Part shown: piece by piece, positions 38,033 through 51,113 of the stretch
Position numbering within the stretch: position 1 is the stretch's first letter
Layout of the letters: each line of letters starts with the position of its first letter
Assembly (NCBI RefSeq): GCF_963921235.1
Contig: NC_086108.1
Location: 98,086,001 to 98,150,000 of the forward strand
DNA: 64,000 bases
Direction of reading: 5' to 3'
Source of the DNA: Mobula hypostoma
Lineage: Eukaryota
Position numbers and translations under genes: made by a program
The notes under the pieces: model-generated
What the model was told of the DNA's origin: nothing
The model's database searches: none
What the model saw: the letters and a program-made list of their open reading frames with translations, nothing else

Positions 38033-38297
38033 TACACTCTCTCCATAGATGCTGCCTGGCCTGCTGAGTTCCTCCAGCATTCTGTGTGTGTTGCTCAGAT
38101 TTCCAGCAGCTGCAGACTTTCTCTTGTTTGTGAGTTTATGCCTTTATTTCTTTTACCAAAGGGCATGGCCATGCACTTCCCTACACTATATTCCATATAC
38201 CACTTCTTTGCCCATTCTCCTCATCTGTCCAAATCCCTGCTCCCTTAACACTACCTGCCCTTATACCTTTCTTTATATATGTCTGTGTACACATATA

Positions 38298-39796
38298 CAG
38301 CGGCATGCAAAAGTGTGGGCACCCCGGTCAAACTTTCTGTTACTGTGAATAGCTAAGCGAGTAAAAGATAAATTGATTTCCAAAAGGCATAAAGTTAAAG
38401 ATGGCACATTTCTTTAATATTTTAAGCAAGAAATCTTTTTTATTTCCATCTTTTACGTTTCAAGATAACAAAAAAGGAAAAGGGACCGAAGCAAAAGTTT
38501 GGACACCCTGCATGGCAGTACTTAGTAACACCCCGTTTGGCAAGTATCACAGCTTGTAAATGCTTTTTGTAACCAGCTATGAATCTTTCCATTCCTGTCT
38601 GGGGGATTTTCACCCATTCTTCCTTACAAAAGGCTTCTAGTTCTGTGATTTTCTTGGGCCGTCTTTCATACACTGCTCTTTTGAGGTCTATCCACAGATT
38701 TCCGATGATGTTCAGGTCAGGGGACTGTGAGGGCCATGGCAAAACCTTCAGCTTGCACCTCTTGAGGTAGACCATTGTGGATCTTGAGGTGTGTTTAGGT
38801 TCATTATCCTGTTGCAGAAGCCATCCTCTTTTCATCTTTGGCTTTGTTACAGTGTGATGTTTGCTTCCATAATTTGCTGGTATTTAATTGAAATCATTCT
38901 TCCCCCTAACAGTAAATGTTCCCTGTGCCACTGGCTGCAACACAAGCCAAAAGCACGATCGATCCACCCCCGTGCTTAACAGCTGGAGAGGGGTTCTTTT
39001 CATGAAATTCTGCACCTTTTTTTTCCAAACATACCTTTGCTCATTGGGGCCAAAAAGTTCTATTTTAACTTCATCAGTCTACAGGACTTGTTTCCAAAAT
39101 ACATCAGGCTTGTTTAGATGTTCCTTTGAACCTTTTGAATAGAACACTGGCTTGAGTTGCAGCCAGTGGCACAGGGAACATTTGCTGGTAGATGGAAGAA
39201 TGATTTCAATTAAATACCAGCAAATTCTGGAAGCAACCCCATCTGTAACAAAGCAGAAGATGAAAGGAGGAAGGCTTGTACAACAGGATAATGAACCTAA
39301 ACACACCCCAAAATCCACAATGGACTACCTCAAGAGGTGCAAGCTGAAGGTTTTGCCATGGCCCTCACAGTCCTCTGACCTAAACATCGAGAATCTGTGG
39401 ATAGACCTCAAAAGAGCAGTGCATGCAAGACAGCCCAAGAATCTCACAGAACTAGAAGCCTTTTGTAAGGAAGAATGGGCGAAAATCCCCCGAACAAGAA
39501 TTGAAAGACTCCTAGCTGGCTACAAAAAGCGTTTACATGCTGTGATACTTGCCAAACGGGGTGTTACTAAGTACTGCCATTCAGGGTGCCCAAACTTTTG
39601 CTTCAGGCACTTTCCCTTCTTTGTTATTTTGAAACTGTAAAAGATGGAAATAAAAAAGTTTTCTTGCTTAAAATATTAAAGAAATGTGCCATCTTTAACT
39701 TTATGCCTTCTTGAAATCAGTTCATCTTTTACTCGCTTAGCCATTCACAGTAACAGAAATTTTGACCAGGGGTGCCCAAACTTTTGCATGCCACTG
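38298..39796. mobile_element. Fold-back Tc1 element built from two inverted 3' halves
   Basis: TA-flanked termini CAG(C/T)GGCATGCAAAAGT(G/T)TGGGCACCCC. Both strands encode QQDNEPKH...WPSQS(P/S)DLN...NLW (ORFs 38440-38835 minus and 39152-39640 plus). Confidence 0.92.
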
Positions 39797-39875
39797 TATA
39801 TACATATTAAATATGTGATATTATATAGTATTAATATTTTAATATATTGTGTATCTATATAAAATGAGGGAGAGG

Positions 39876-40260
39876 CTCACTCACTCACTCACTCCCTACC
39901 TGCAGTCACGGGCCACTGAGGAGCCGCGCCTCCGCGGCCATTAAACGCGCTCACGGTCCCGGCGCGCCCCCCACGGCCGTTAAACGCGCTCACGGGCCCG
40001 GCGCGCGCCCTCCGCGGCCGTTCAACGCGCACGCGGGTCCGGCGCCCGCCCCCCGCGGCGAGCGGATCCAATCAAACCGTCCCCGCGCGTGTTGGGGCCG
40101 CAAAGGAAATGCTGAATCGGCGCAGAGCGTGCCTGGCAACCAGGGGCTGTGATAACATGAGGGAATGCGGCGCCATCTTTGTTGCAGTCACGGGGCTGTT
40201 CAGCCTGGAGATCTGGCAGTGGTCGGATCTGGTGTTCTGGATGCGAGCCCGGGCATTATC
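39876..40260 (-). promoter_or_regulatory. CpG island; probable promoter and non-coding first exon of the LRRC8-like gene
   Basis: CpG-dense. Minus-strand donor CAG|GTAGGG at 39899 is followed by (GTGA)n; YY1-like AAGATGGCG at 40171-40179 (minus); CCAAT at 40068-40072. The downstream coding exon begins with an acceptor, so an upstream exon is required. Confidence 0.65.
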
Positions 40261-40459
40261 TTTTCTGCAACTGGGGGTAATTAATGCAAGACAATATTGA
40301 CCTGTAATACATAATGTCGTAGAATGTTATAGCGCAGCCAAATCATCCCAAGTCCCGCGGTCATACATCACAGTAGCAGATTCATCAGTCCATGCCAATC
40401 ATCCAGCACCCATCTGCGCTAATCCTATTTTATGTCCCCATATTCCCTTCAAGTTTTAT

Positions 40460-40745
40460 TTTTTATTTAGAAATACAGCGCGGAACAGCCCCTGCTGGTC
40501 CAACAAGCAGCACCGCTCAGCAATCCTCCTATTAACCCTAGCCAAATCACAAAAAAAATTTATAATAACCAATTTACCTACTAACTGGTACATCTTTAGA
40601 TTGTGGGAGGAAACCAGAGCACCCGGAGGAAACCCACGTGTTCAGGGTAAGAAGGTACAAAATTCTTACAGAGGCCGCGGAAAGTGAAATGTGAATTCCA
40701 GTCCCGAGCTGTAATGGTGTTGTGCTATCTGCTACGCTACGACGT
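40460..40745 (-). mobile_element. V-SINE
   Basis: Antisense V-domain tgtgggaggaaaccagagcacccggaggaaacccacg. Confidence 0.75.
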
Positions 40746-41009
40746 AACCCTAAATATTCCCCCCCACCACCACCCCCCACACCAAGTCTTGCCATTTATC
40801 CATAAACTAGGGAAAATTAACCTATCAACTCATCCATCTTTGAGATCTGGGAGAAAGCTGGAACCAAAGCAGTCAGGAGAAGACTGTGGAAGCTGCACAG
40901 ACAACACCTGAGCTCACTGGAAATGTAAGGCATTTCTGGCAGTGCGTCTGTGGCACCACATTGTCCTGTTTCCTTTATACAGGAGTTAACATGTATTAGA
41001 AAGAGAGAA

Positions 41010-41525
41010 GGGTAAATTTCTATAGATGTGCAATGGAAAGTATATGGACTGGTTGCATCAAGGCCTGGTATGGAAACACCAATGCCCTTGAATGGAAAAT
41101 CTACAAAAAGTAGTGGATACACTCCAGTCCATCTCAGGTAAAGCCCTCTCCATTCTTGAGTGCATCTACAAGGAGCGCTGTCGAAGGAAAGCAGCATCCA
41201 TCATCAAGGACCACCACCACCCAGGCCAAGCTCTCTCTTTGCTGCTACCATCAGGAAGAAGGTACAGGAGCCTCAGGCCCCACTCCAGCTTCAGGAACAG
41301 TTATTACTTCTCAGCCATCAGGCTGTTGTACCAGAGGAGATTACTTCACTTACCCCAACACTGAACTGTTCCCACAAACTATGGACTCCCTTTCAAGGAA
41401 TCTTCATCTCACGTTTTCGATATTTATTGCTTATCTATTATTATTATTTTGCTTGTTTTTATTTGTTGTTTCTATGCATTTTCTGTGACCGCCTGAAAGA
41501 AAATGAATAAATTTACTTCGACCTT
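41010..41525 (+). mobile_element. Rex1/Babar-like LINE 3' fragment
   Basis: Reads 'RCRRKAASIIKDHHHPG...LLPSGRRYRSL...FRNSY'. Confidence 0.8.
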
Positions 41526-41921
41526 TGTGTTTTCAACATCTCTGCAACCAAGACTCTATCTTTGACCTGAGTGTTCTTGACTCCACACCACAGCACACAG
41601 CCTGCCACACCACCTCCCCACCCACCAGCTCAGCAAAACCTAGAAAATATCACCCAAAAGTCAAAATGAACAAGGTTTCTGAGGCAGTTCATATTCCTAC
41701 CCCTAGAGATAACCAAAACATCAAACTTCCAACATGAAGTTATAACTTTATCTCCTACACTTAGAAGCAGAGAATGTGGCAGCAATTAAAAAGTGTCTTA
41801 ATAGAGAAGGGGCTGAATCAGAATCAGGTTTAATATCACTAACATATGTTGTAAAACTTGCTGCTTGTAGCAGCAGTACAATGAAATACACAAAAAAAAC
41901 TATAAATTTCAGTAAGAAATT

Positions 41922-42191
41922 CTTCCGCTGTCCATCGATTTCGATGTTGACTGAGGCCTGGGCAAGGTTGTATGGAAGACCGGCAGTTGCCCATGCTGCA
42001 AGTCTCCGCTCTCCATGCCACCAATGTTGTCCGAGGGAAGGGCATTAGGACCCATACAGCTTGGCACCGGTATCGTCGCAGGGCAATGTGTGGTTAAGTG
42101 CCTTGCTCAAGGGCACAACGTGCTGCCTCAGCCACTAGCAACCTTCAGATCACTAGACTGACGCCTTAACCACTTGGCGACGCGCCAACAC
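41922..42191 (-). mobile_element. tRNA-derived CORE-like SINE
   Basis: Minus strand starts ggcgcgtcgccaagtggttaaggcg (tRNA-like A box), then gtgcccttgagcaaggcacttaacc (CORE-like). gtaaga occurs near both flanks. Confidence 0.65.
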
Positions 42192-42676
42192 GGTAAGATT
42201 AAATTTTATATTTAATACACAATAAAAATCATGTATTTCTTAATATGCATCGTTACTAGGATGATGGGGGAAAACTTCTTTGGCAGATAAAATGGATGAC
42301 ACTTGACCACTAGATGTTCCAGGGTCGGGGGGGAACAGGAGTCAGACAGAAATGCCATGCAATGGGACTGCCATAGGCATGTCTTATTGCGGTATTATGG
42401 AGTTTCTTTGCAGGCTGCCGTGGAGAAAGTTAATGGAAGAATCCTCACCATCTGCCTCTTCCCAGAGGCTGAAGAGTTCCACCTAAATCTGCAATGCACA
42501 TTGCTCTCACCAATGGGAAAAATGGACAGGAACTTCATCCTGCATCAAGCCAAAGATAGTTCAGTCGTGGAGCATCCTTTTAAAAGTTGCCCATTCTACA
42601 TTTGCTACATGAGGATATCAAACCATTATTCTAATCCTTGGGTGTAGAACCAAACCAAACCAGAACTGACTGTATA

Positions 42677-43183
42677 CACTCAATGGTCACTTTATTAGGT
42701 ACCTCCTTTTGCTGCTGTAGCCCACCCTCTTCGAGGTTTGATGTGTTGTGCATTCAGAGATGCTCTTCTGCCCACTGCTGTTGTAACGTGTGGTCGTTTG
42801 AGTTACTGTCGCCTTCCTGTCAGCTTGAACCAGTCTGGCCATTCTCCCCTGACCTCTCTCATTAACAAGGCATTTTCACCCACAGAACTGGATGTTATGT
42901 TTTGTTTTTCACACCATTCTCTGTAAACCTCAGAGACTGTTGTGCATGAAAATCCCAGGGGTTCAGCAGTTTCTGAGACGCTCAACCCACTGGTCATTCC
43001 ACACTCAAAGTCACTTAAATCACATTTCTTCCCCATTCTGACATTTGGTCTGAAAAAGAGCCGAACATCTTGACCATGTCTACATGCTTCTATGGACTGA
43101 GTTGCTGTCACGTGATTGGTTGATTGGATACTTGCATTCACAAGCAGTTGTACAGGTATACCTAATAAAGTGGGCATTAAATA
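42677..43183 (-). mobile_element. Non-autonomous Tc1-like element (paired-HTH remnant)
   Basis: TIRs cactcaatggtcactttattagg and cctaataaagtgggcatt; reads 'MGKKCDLSDFECGM...SVSETAE.LGFS.TTVS.VYREW'. Confidence 0.8.
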
Positions 43184-43506
43184 TATTGGGAAGTAGTGTC
43201 AGTTTGGGCCATGCTACATTGTGAGATCTTTATACTTTATCCATGTCAGGTTGAAATCCTTAGTATTAGAGTCATAGAGTCTTATAGAAGGGGATAAGGC
43301 CCTTTAGCCCAACTCGTTTCTGTTAACCAACATGCCCATCTAAACCCTTTGACCATTTGCCTATGTTTGACCTATTTCCCTCTCCTCCTTTCCTCCCTAA
43401 GTACCTGTCTTTCAAATGTTGTTATTGTACCTGCCTCATCCACTTCCTCAGTCCCATGTACACACCTCCTCCTATGTGAAGAAGTTGCCCCAAAGATCAC
43501 TTTTAA

Positions 43507-44135
43507 ATTAGATTAGATTAGATTATGAGGACACGCAGTCCTCTTTTATTGTCATTTAGTAATGCATGCATTAAGAAATGATACAATGTTTTTCCAGAAT
43601 GATATCACAGAAACACATGACAAACCAAGACTGAAAAACTGACAAAAACCACATAATTATAACATATAGTTACAACAGTGCAAAGCAATACCGTAATTTG
43701 ATAAGAACAGACCATGGGCATGGTAAAGTCTCAAAAGTCTCTCGAAAGTCCCATCATCTCACCCAGACGGTAAACCTCCAGCGCCGCAAACTTGCCGATG
43801 CAGCATCCCGGAAGCATCCGACCACAGTCCGACTCTGAGTCCATCCGAAAACTCCGATCCTCCGACCGGCTTTCCGACACTGATGCACCAAGCACTATCC
43901 CTGCCCGAGCACTTCAACCCTGGCCCCGGCAACAGGCAATAGGCAAGGCCGAGGATTTGGGGCCTTCCCTCCGGAGATTCTCGATCGCACAGTAGCAGTG
44001 GCAGCGAAGCGGGCATTTCAGAAGTTTCTCTAGACGTTCCTCCGTGCTTCTTCACGTCTGTCTCCATCAAATCATGATTGTGCACGGCATCCTACTTCAC
44101 AGATATGATATCATTCGGAACAGCCGCGCACGCTG
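43507..44135 (-). mobile_element. Non-LTR retroposon with a (TCTAA)n tail nested in a CR1 fragment (about 43270-43506 and 44136-44340)
   Basis: (ttaga)4 at 43508-43525, a minus-strand AATAAA nearby and a CpG-rich body; CR1-like sequence resumes on both sides. Confidence 0.55.
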
Positions 44136-44754
44136 TTCTCTCCTCACCTATGCTCTCTATTTTTTTTTGATTTGCCTGGGAAAAACCGACAGTGTGCATT
44201 CACCCATCATGCACCGTCTATACACTTCTGTGAGGTCATCCCTCTGTCTCCTGTGCACTAAGGAATAAAGTCCCAGCTTGTCCAATATCTCCCTCTAACA
44301 GAGGCCCCTCGAGTCCTAGCAACATTCTCCGAAATCTTAAATGATTAACAAGTCATCTGTTTTTGATCAATGGTATTGTTTGTGCAATTCAAACAGATTT
44401 ATTCATCACAAGTACATAGACACCTAACTCTGCCACAGACACTCCCAAGCCCGGCTACAAAAGGAGGAGGATTGGCCATGGGGAGAACTTCTTCACTCAT
44501 AAGGTGGTGAGAGAGTGAAACGAGCAACCCGCCCCTTAAAGTCCCGGGGCTACAGAAATGCCGACAGAAGCTGCAAAGACCTCAAACCTGGGAGAGGCAG
44601 GACCTTCAAAGATGGGCTACACGTGGAAATGATTGAAACGTTGACCTAACACAGAGGTCTGGTGATCTGGTGATGGGCTTCAGAAAAAAAAAATCGAAAT
44701 ATATAGTGAAATGCATTGTTTGTGTAAACAACCAACACACCCATATATAGCCAC

Positions 44755-44980
44755 AAGCAAGAGGAAATCTTAAGATGTGAAAATCCAAGCAACCCACACA
44801 AGATGCTGGAGGAACTCAGCAGGCCAGGCAGCATCTATGGAAAAAAATACACTCGATGTTTTGGGCTGAGACCGTTTGGTGGGACTGGCAAAGGGTCTTG
44901 CCCCGAAAGGTCAACTGTACTTGTTTCCCATAGATGCTGCCTGGCCTGCTGAGTTCCTCCAGCATTTTGTCTGTGTTGCA
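44755..44980. mobile_element. Palindromic Penelope-type element with degenerate hammerhead motifs
   Basis: Inverted arms atgctggaggaactcagcaggccaggcagcatctatgg / ccatagatgctgcctggcctgctgagttcctccagcat; same family as 14010-14226. Confidence 0.7.
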
Positions 44981-46409
44981 CCCATATACAGCATTTTGTT
45001 GCTTATTGCATTGTGTTGTGCTGTGTTGTGTGTTGTTCGTCCAAGCATTCTGGGCATGAATGTTTGGCGACACTTGCAGAATTCCCCCAGAGCATTCTTA
45101 GGTTCTGTTGGTTGTTAATGCAAATGATGCATTTCACTGAATGTTTCAATGTACACGTGATAAATAAAATGAATCTGAAAGAATCTGCACCTGTAATTAT
45201 TATGCAGGAGCGAGTTGCAGGTTTTGTAAGTTGCTTTTTGTTTATTTACTTGTATCTAATATGTCTTACCCTCAGTGAAGAAAAAAAACCATTACTATTG
45301 TTACAGCCTAAAGAATATTGGTACTCACCATTTATTCATAAAAGCGAAGCCAGCTGAATTATTTGCCTCTCAGTGTTCACAGTTTAATTTTCTGGTAGCA
45401 GGGGAGAGGAGGGCAATAGGAGTAAGCGAAAAACTGAATTATAAAAATTATGTCGGTCTAATTAAAAACCATCTTGCAAAAAGAATGGAGGCAGGGCAGC
45501 GGCAATTGGGAGAACCCAGCTATAGGTGTATGTTTATAACCTGTTTCCTATTGACATATGTACCAACACCGGAATTAGAACTGGACCAAAACCATAAGAC
45601 TATAAGACACGGAAGCAGAATTAAGTCATTCAGCCCATCAAGTCTGCTAGCCACTCCATCATGGCTGATTAATTATCCATCCCACTTCTTCCCCTCTGCC
45701 ATCCGATTCCTGAATGGACTTTGAAGCTTTGGACACTATCTCACTTTTTTAATATACAGTCTTTCTCTTTTTTAATAATTTATTCAATATACGTAATTTA
45801 CTTGTTTATTTATTGATAATCTCTCAGCTAGATTATGTATTGCATTGAACTGCTGCTGCTGAGTTAACAAATTTCACATCACATGCCGGTGATAATAAAC
45901 CTGACTCTGACTTTGATTCCCCATGAATTAGTTTATTATTGTCACATGTACCAAGACACAATGAAAAGCTTGTTTTGCATACTGTTCATACGTTACATAG
46001 TACATCGAGGTAGATCAAAGTACAACAATAACAATGCAGGATAAAGTGTAATGGCTACAGAGAAAGTACAAGAAGATCATAACAAGGTAGATTGTGAGGT
46101 CAAGAGTCCAACTTATCATACTAGGAAACTATTTAATAGTCTCATAATGGCAGCATAGAAGCTGTCCTTGAGCCCGGTGCTGTGACCTTTCAGGCCTTTG
46201 TATCTTCTGCCCAGTGGAAGAGGGGAGAAAAGAGAATATCCAGAGAGGGTGGGGTCTTTGACTTTGCTGGTTGCTTTACTGATGCAGCAAATATAGACAA
46301 AGTTCAGCGAAACAATGAAAAGTTTTTGCATGCATAGCATCGTGCTGTACACAGGTATTAGTAAATTAGTATTAGTAAAAAGAAAGAATGTAGAATAAGT
46401 GTTGTAAAT

Positions 46410-47155
46410 GGAAGACAATGCAATGTTAGCACTCATTTTGAGAGGAATTGAATATGTAACGCTGAGGCTTTGTAAGGCACTGGTCAGACCACACTTGGGG
46501 TATTGTGAGCAGTTTTGGGCTCCTTTACTAAGAAAAGATGTGCTGGCATTGGAGACGGTCCAGAGGAGGTTCACAGGAATGATTCCGGGAATGAAAGTGT
46601 TCACGTTTGAAGAGCATTCCGGGAATTAAAGTGTTCTCGTATGAGACCTGCTGAAGAGTCTCAGCCTGAAACGTCGACTGTACTCTTTTCTGTAGATGCT
46701 GTCTGGCCTGCTGAGTTCCTCCAGCGTTTTGTACGAAGAATGCTCTGGGCCTGTATTTGCTGGAGTTTAGAAGAATGAGGATCTCATTGAAACCTATTAA
46801 ATTTTGAAAGGCCTAGATAGAGTGGATGTGGAGAGGATGTTTCCTATAGTTGGGAGTTTAGGACCAGGTGGCACAGTTTCAGAACAGAGGGACATCCACT
46901 TATAACAGAGATGTAGAGGAATTTCTTTAGTCAGAGGGTAGTAAACCTGTGGAATCATTGCCACAGACAATTGTCGAGGCCAAGTCATTGACTATATTTA
47001 AAGCAGCAGTTGATAATTTCATGATTAGTCAGGCTTCAAAGATTACAGGGAGAAGGCAAGAGAATGAGGTTTAGAGGGACATAATCAGCCATAGGAATAG
47101 TGGAGCAGGTACAATAGGTCAAATGGACTAATTCTGCTCCTATATCTTATGGTCT
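46410..47155 (+). mobile_element. CR1 LINE 3' portion interrupted by a Penelope-type fragment (about 46647-46732)
   Basis: Reads 'LCKALVRPHLGYCEQFWAP...LETVQRRFTGMIPG'. The insert reads ctgctgaagagtctcagcctgaaacgtcgactg...gctgagttcctccagc. Confidence 0.8.
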
Positions 47156-47539
47156 TTGTAGTTACAGAAAAAGTACAGTGCAGGTAAAGCGCTGATTGCC
47201 TGTAAATAAAGAAGCAAACAAATAAACAGATTAATTAAATTAAATAAAGTGCAAGGGCCACAATGAGGAGGACTGGGAGAATGAGTTCATCTTTAGCATG
47301 TGCAAGGTTCACCACCAGGTAAAACACAATCCTCAAATGAAAATATGTTACAATTCTTCATTGTTGCTACGTCCAAGTTCTGGGATTCCCCAACATCACT
47401 ATGAGACTTCATCATCACCTTCTCAAGAACAATTAAGGTTGGGCATAAATGCTGGTCTAGCCAGTGACACCCACACCCTATAAATGAGTTGTTTGGACAG
47501 TAAACCAACTATTTCTACTGAATGTTATTATTCCTCTTC

Positions 47540-47760
47540 TGACAGCATAGCAGTTAACACAATACTTTGCAGTGCTAGCGACCCCGGTTCAATTCCCGCT
47601 GCTGTCTGTAAGGAGTTTGCACATTCTCTCTGTGATGACGTGGATTTCCTCCGGGTGCTCTGCTTTCCTCCCACATTCCAAAGACGTACAGGTTAGTGGG
47701 TTAATTGGTCACAGAGGAGGCACGGTGCTCATTGGACCAGAAAGGTCTGTATCTGTGCTC
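47540..47760 (+). mobile_element. V-SINE
   Basis: B box ggttcaattccc; V-domain tggatttcctccgggtgctctgctttcctcccacattccaaagacg. Confidence 0.75.
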
Positions 47761-47858
47761 AAAATGGAACCTACATGACTTGTAGCATTTTATGGGGGGA
47801 ATACATTTCACTTTCAGTATGACTGTAGCAATGTTTAAAGCAGGCTCCAAGGTTTTAT

Positions 47859-50800
47859 AAGAGTCGTAGAACAGTACAGAACAGAAACAGGCCTTTCGAC
47901 CCACGTAGTCTCTGCCAAACCAATATTCTGCCTAGTGCCATCGACCTGCACCTGGACTATCCATAGCTCTCTATACCCCACTCATCCATTTATCTATCCA
48001 AATTTCTCTTAAATGTTGAAATCAACCCTGCATAAACCACTTACGCTGGCATCTCATTTCACATTCTCACCATCTTCTGAGTGAAGAAGTTCTCTTTATG
48101 TTCCTCATAGACTTTTCACCTTTCATCCTGAACCCATAACCTCTAGTTCCATTCTCACCCAACCTTGCTAGAAAAGACCTGCTTGCACTTAGTCTATCTA
48201 TACCCTTCATCATTTTGTATTCCTCTATCAAATCTCCCCCCAGTCTTCTCCTCTCTCGGGAATAAAGGTCTAAGCTATTCAGCCTTTCCTAAAACACAGA
48301 TTCTCAAGTCCCGGCAACACCTTTGTGAATTTTCTCTGCACTCTTTTAGCCTTGTTTACATCTTTCCTGTAGGTAGATGACCAAAACTGCACACTATCCT
48401 CCAAATTCAGCCTCACCAACATCTTATACAACTTTAACGTAACATCCCGCCTCCTGTACTCAATACATTGATTGATAAAGGCGAATGTGACTCTAGCTAT
48501 CTGGACACCACTTCCAATGAATAATGAATCTGTATTCCTCGATCCTTCATTCTACCACACTCCTCAGTGCCCTACTGCTCATTGTGTAAGGACTCCTCCC
48601 AAAGTGTGACACCTCACACTTGTCTGATTAAATTCCATCTGCCATTTTTCCAGCTGGTCCGGATCCCACTGCAAGCTTTGACAGTGCTATCCACTACACC
48701 CCCAATCTTGGTTTCACCTGCAGATTTGCTGATTCTGTTAACCACATTATCATCCAGATCAATGATATAGATAACAAACTACAATGGGCCCACACATCCC
48801 TGTGGCACTCCACTAGTCACAGGCCTCCAGAGAGGCAACCATCTACAACCACTCTCTGGTTTCTTCCGCAAAGCCAATGTCTAATCCAATTTACTACCTG
48901 ACCTTGAATGCCAAGCGGCTGAACTTCAACCATTCTCCTATGCAGGTCCTTGTCAAAGGCCTTGCTAAAATCCACACAGACAACATCGTTTGCCTTACCT
49001 TCATCAAGTTTCCTGGTAATTTCCTCTAAGAACACTATAACATTGGTTAGACACAACTTACCATGCACAAAGCCATGACGACTATCCCTAATCAGTCCCT
49101 GTTTATCCAAATGCTTATATATCAGGTCCCTTAGAATAACTGCCAATAACTTTCCCAACAGGGATATCAGGCTCACCAGCCTATAATTTCCTAGCTTATT
49201 TTTAGTGTCTTTCATAAACAATGGAATAACACTAGCTATCCTCCAATCCTCCAGCACCTCACCTGTGGATAAGGATGTTTTAAATATCTCTGCTAGGGCC
49301 CCTGAAGGTTTTTGCACTTGCCACCCACAGAACCCAAGGGAATGCCTTGTCAAGCCCTGGGGATTTATCCACCCTAATTTGCCTCAAGACAGAAAACTCC
49401 TTCTCCTCTGTGATCTGTATAGAGTTAATGATTTCACTGCTATGTTGGCTCACATCTATAAACTCTGTTTGTCCATCTCCCAAGTAAGTACAGATGTAAA
49501 AAGTCCATTTAAGATCTCCCCCATCTCTTACAGCTTCATGCATAAATTACCACTCCGATCTTCTAGGGGACTCATTTTGTTCTTGCTATGCTTTTGTTCC
49601 CAATATATCTGTAGAAGAGCTTAGGATTCTCCTTCACCTTGTCTGCTAGAGCAACCTCATGTCTTCTTTTAGCCCACCTGATTTCCTTCTTAAGTGTCCT
49701 CTTGTATTTCTTATACTGCATAAGCACTTCATTTGTTCCTACCTGCTTATACCTGCTATGCATCCACTTCTGTTTTCTTAATCAGGGCCTCAACATATTT
49801 GAAACCAGGTTCCATAAACATGTTATCCTTGCCCTTTATTCTGACAGGAACATACAAGCTCAGTACTCTCAAAATTTCACCTTTGAAGGCCTCCCATTTA
49901 TCAAGTACATCTTTGTCAGAAAATAACCTGTTCCAATCCACACTTGCCAGATCCCGCCCTGTCTCATTCCCTAATAGGAGATGTAGTATCACACTCTTTC
50001 CAGTTGGGACTTCTATGTACTGATTTAGGAAACTGTCCTGAACACATTTGACAAATTCTTTCCCATCCAGCCCTTTTATAGTATGGGTGTCACAGACAAT
50101 ATGTGGAAAGTTAAAATTACCTACTATCGCAATCTTATGTTCCTTGCACCGGTCTGCGCTCACTCTACAAATTTGTGTCTCTAAATTCCATGGACTGTTG
50201 GGTGGTCTATAATATAATCCCATTAATGTGGTCATACCTTACTTATACAGCTCTACTCATAAAGCCTCACTGGACGAGTTCTCCAATCTGAACACTGCTG
50301 TGGTACTATCCCCGACTAGTAATGTCACCTCTCCCTCTTTAATCTCTCCTGCTTTATCATGTCAAAAACACCGGAACCCTGGAATATTGAGCTGCAGTCC
50401 TGCCACTCCTGCAACCAAGTCTCACTAATGGCTACAATGCCACTAATCCATGCCCTGAACTAATCTACCTTTCCGACGTAATCCCTGCGTTGACATATAT
50501 GCAGCTCAGAGTATTAGGTTCACCATGCTCAACATTTTCCTTCCTGACTTTGTCTGAGGTCCTAACATCTGCCTCTACCACCTCTCCACTAACTGTGCTG
50601 GCACTCTGGTTTCCATCCCCTTGCAACTCTAGTTGAAACCCCACCACTGAGCATTAACAAACCTTCCCACTAGAATATTAGTCCCCCTCCAGTTCAGGTG
50701 CAAACCATCTCCTCTGTACATGTCCCACATTCCCTGGAAGAGAGTCCAATGATCCGAAAATCCTATGCCCTCCCTCCTACACCAAGTCCTTAACCACATA

Positions 50801-51113
50801 TTCAACTGTATAATCTCCTTAGTTTTAGCCTCACTAGCACTAGTTCTGGTCTCAACTGCATGTGGCATGTCAAGCAATCTTGAGATCATAACCCTGGAGT
50901 TCCTACCCTTTAACTTAGCACCTAATTCCATGAATTCACTTTGCAGGAGCTTGTCACCCATCCTACCCATGTCATTGGTAACAACGTGGACCACCACCTC
51001 TGGCTACTCACCCTTCCATTTAAGAATTCTGCGGACTTGATCCTGACTCTAGCACCCAGGAGGCAACAAACCATCCGGGAATCTCAATCTCATGCACAGA
51101 ACCTGCTTTCTGG
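47859..51113 (-). mobile_element. Long degenerate CR1 LINE (ORF1 SGNH/GDSL esterase remnant; ORF2 endonuclease and RT remnants)
   Basis: ORF1 reads 'VVHVVTND...DGLHLNWRG'; EN reads 'GLYYRPPN...VGNFNFPHI'; RT reads 'NYRLVSL...HGFVHGKLCLTN...DFSKAFDK'. 9-bp TSD aggttttat at 47850-47858 and 51114-51122. Confidence 0.9.

Larger units (their letters stand above)
37598..38130. mobile_element. Inverted pair of Penelope-type terminal repeats, each with a hammerhead-like motif
   Basis: Arms of about 37600-37850 and 37860-38095 are imperfect reverse complements (caggccaggcagcatctatgg / ccatagatgctgcctggcctg). Confidence 0.7.

Noticed and set aside
42120..42191. tRNA gene
   Set aside because: The tRNA-like head lacks an intact T arm and continues into a SINE body.
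50629..50997. Stand-alone SGNH/GDSL esterase gene
   Set aside because: It is the ORF1 esterase remnant of the surrounding TSD-bounded CR1 element.
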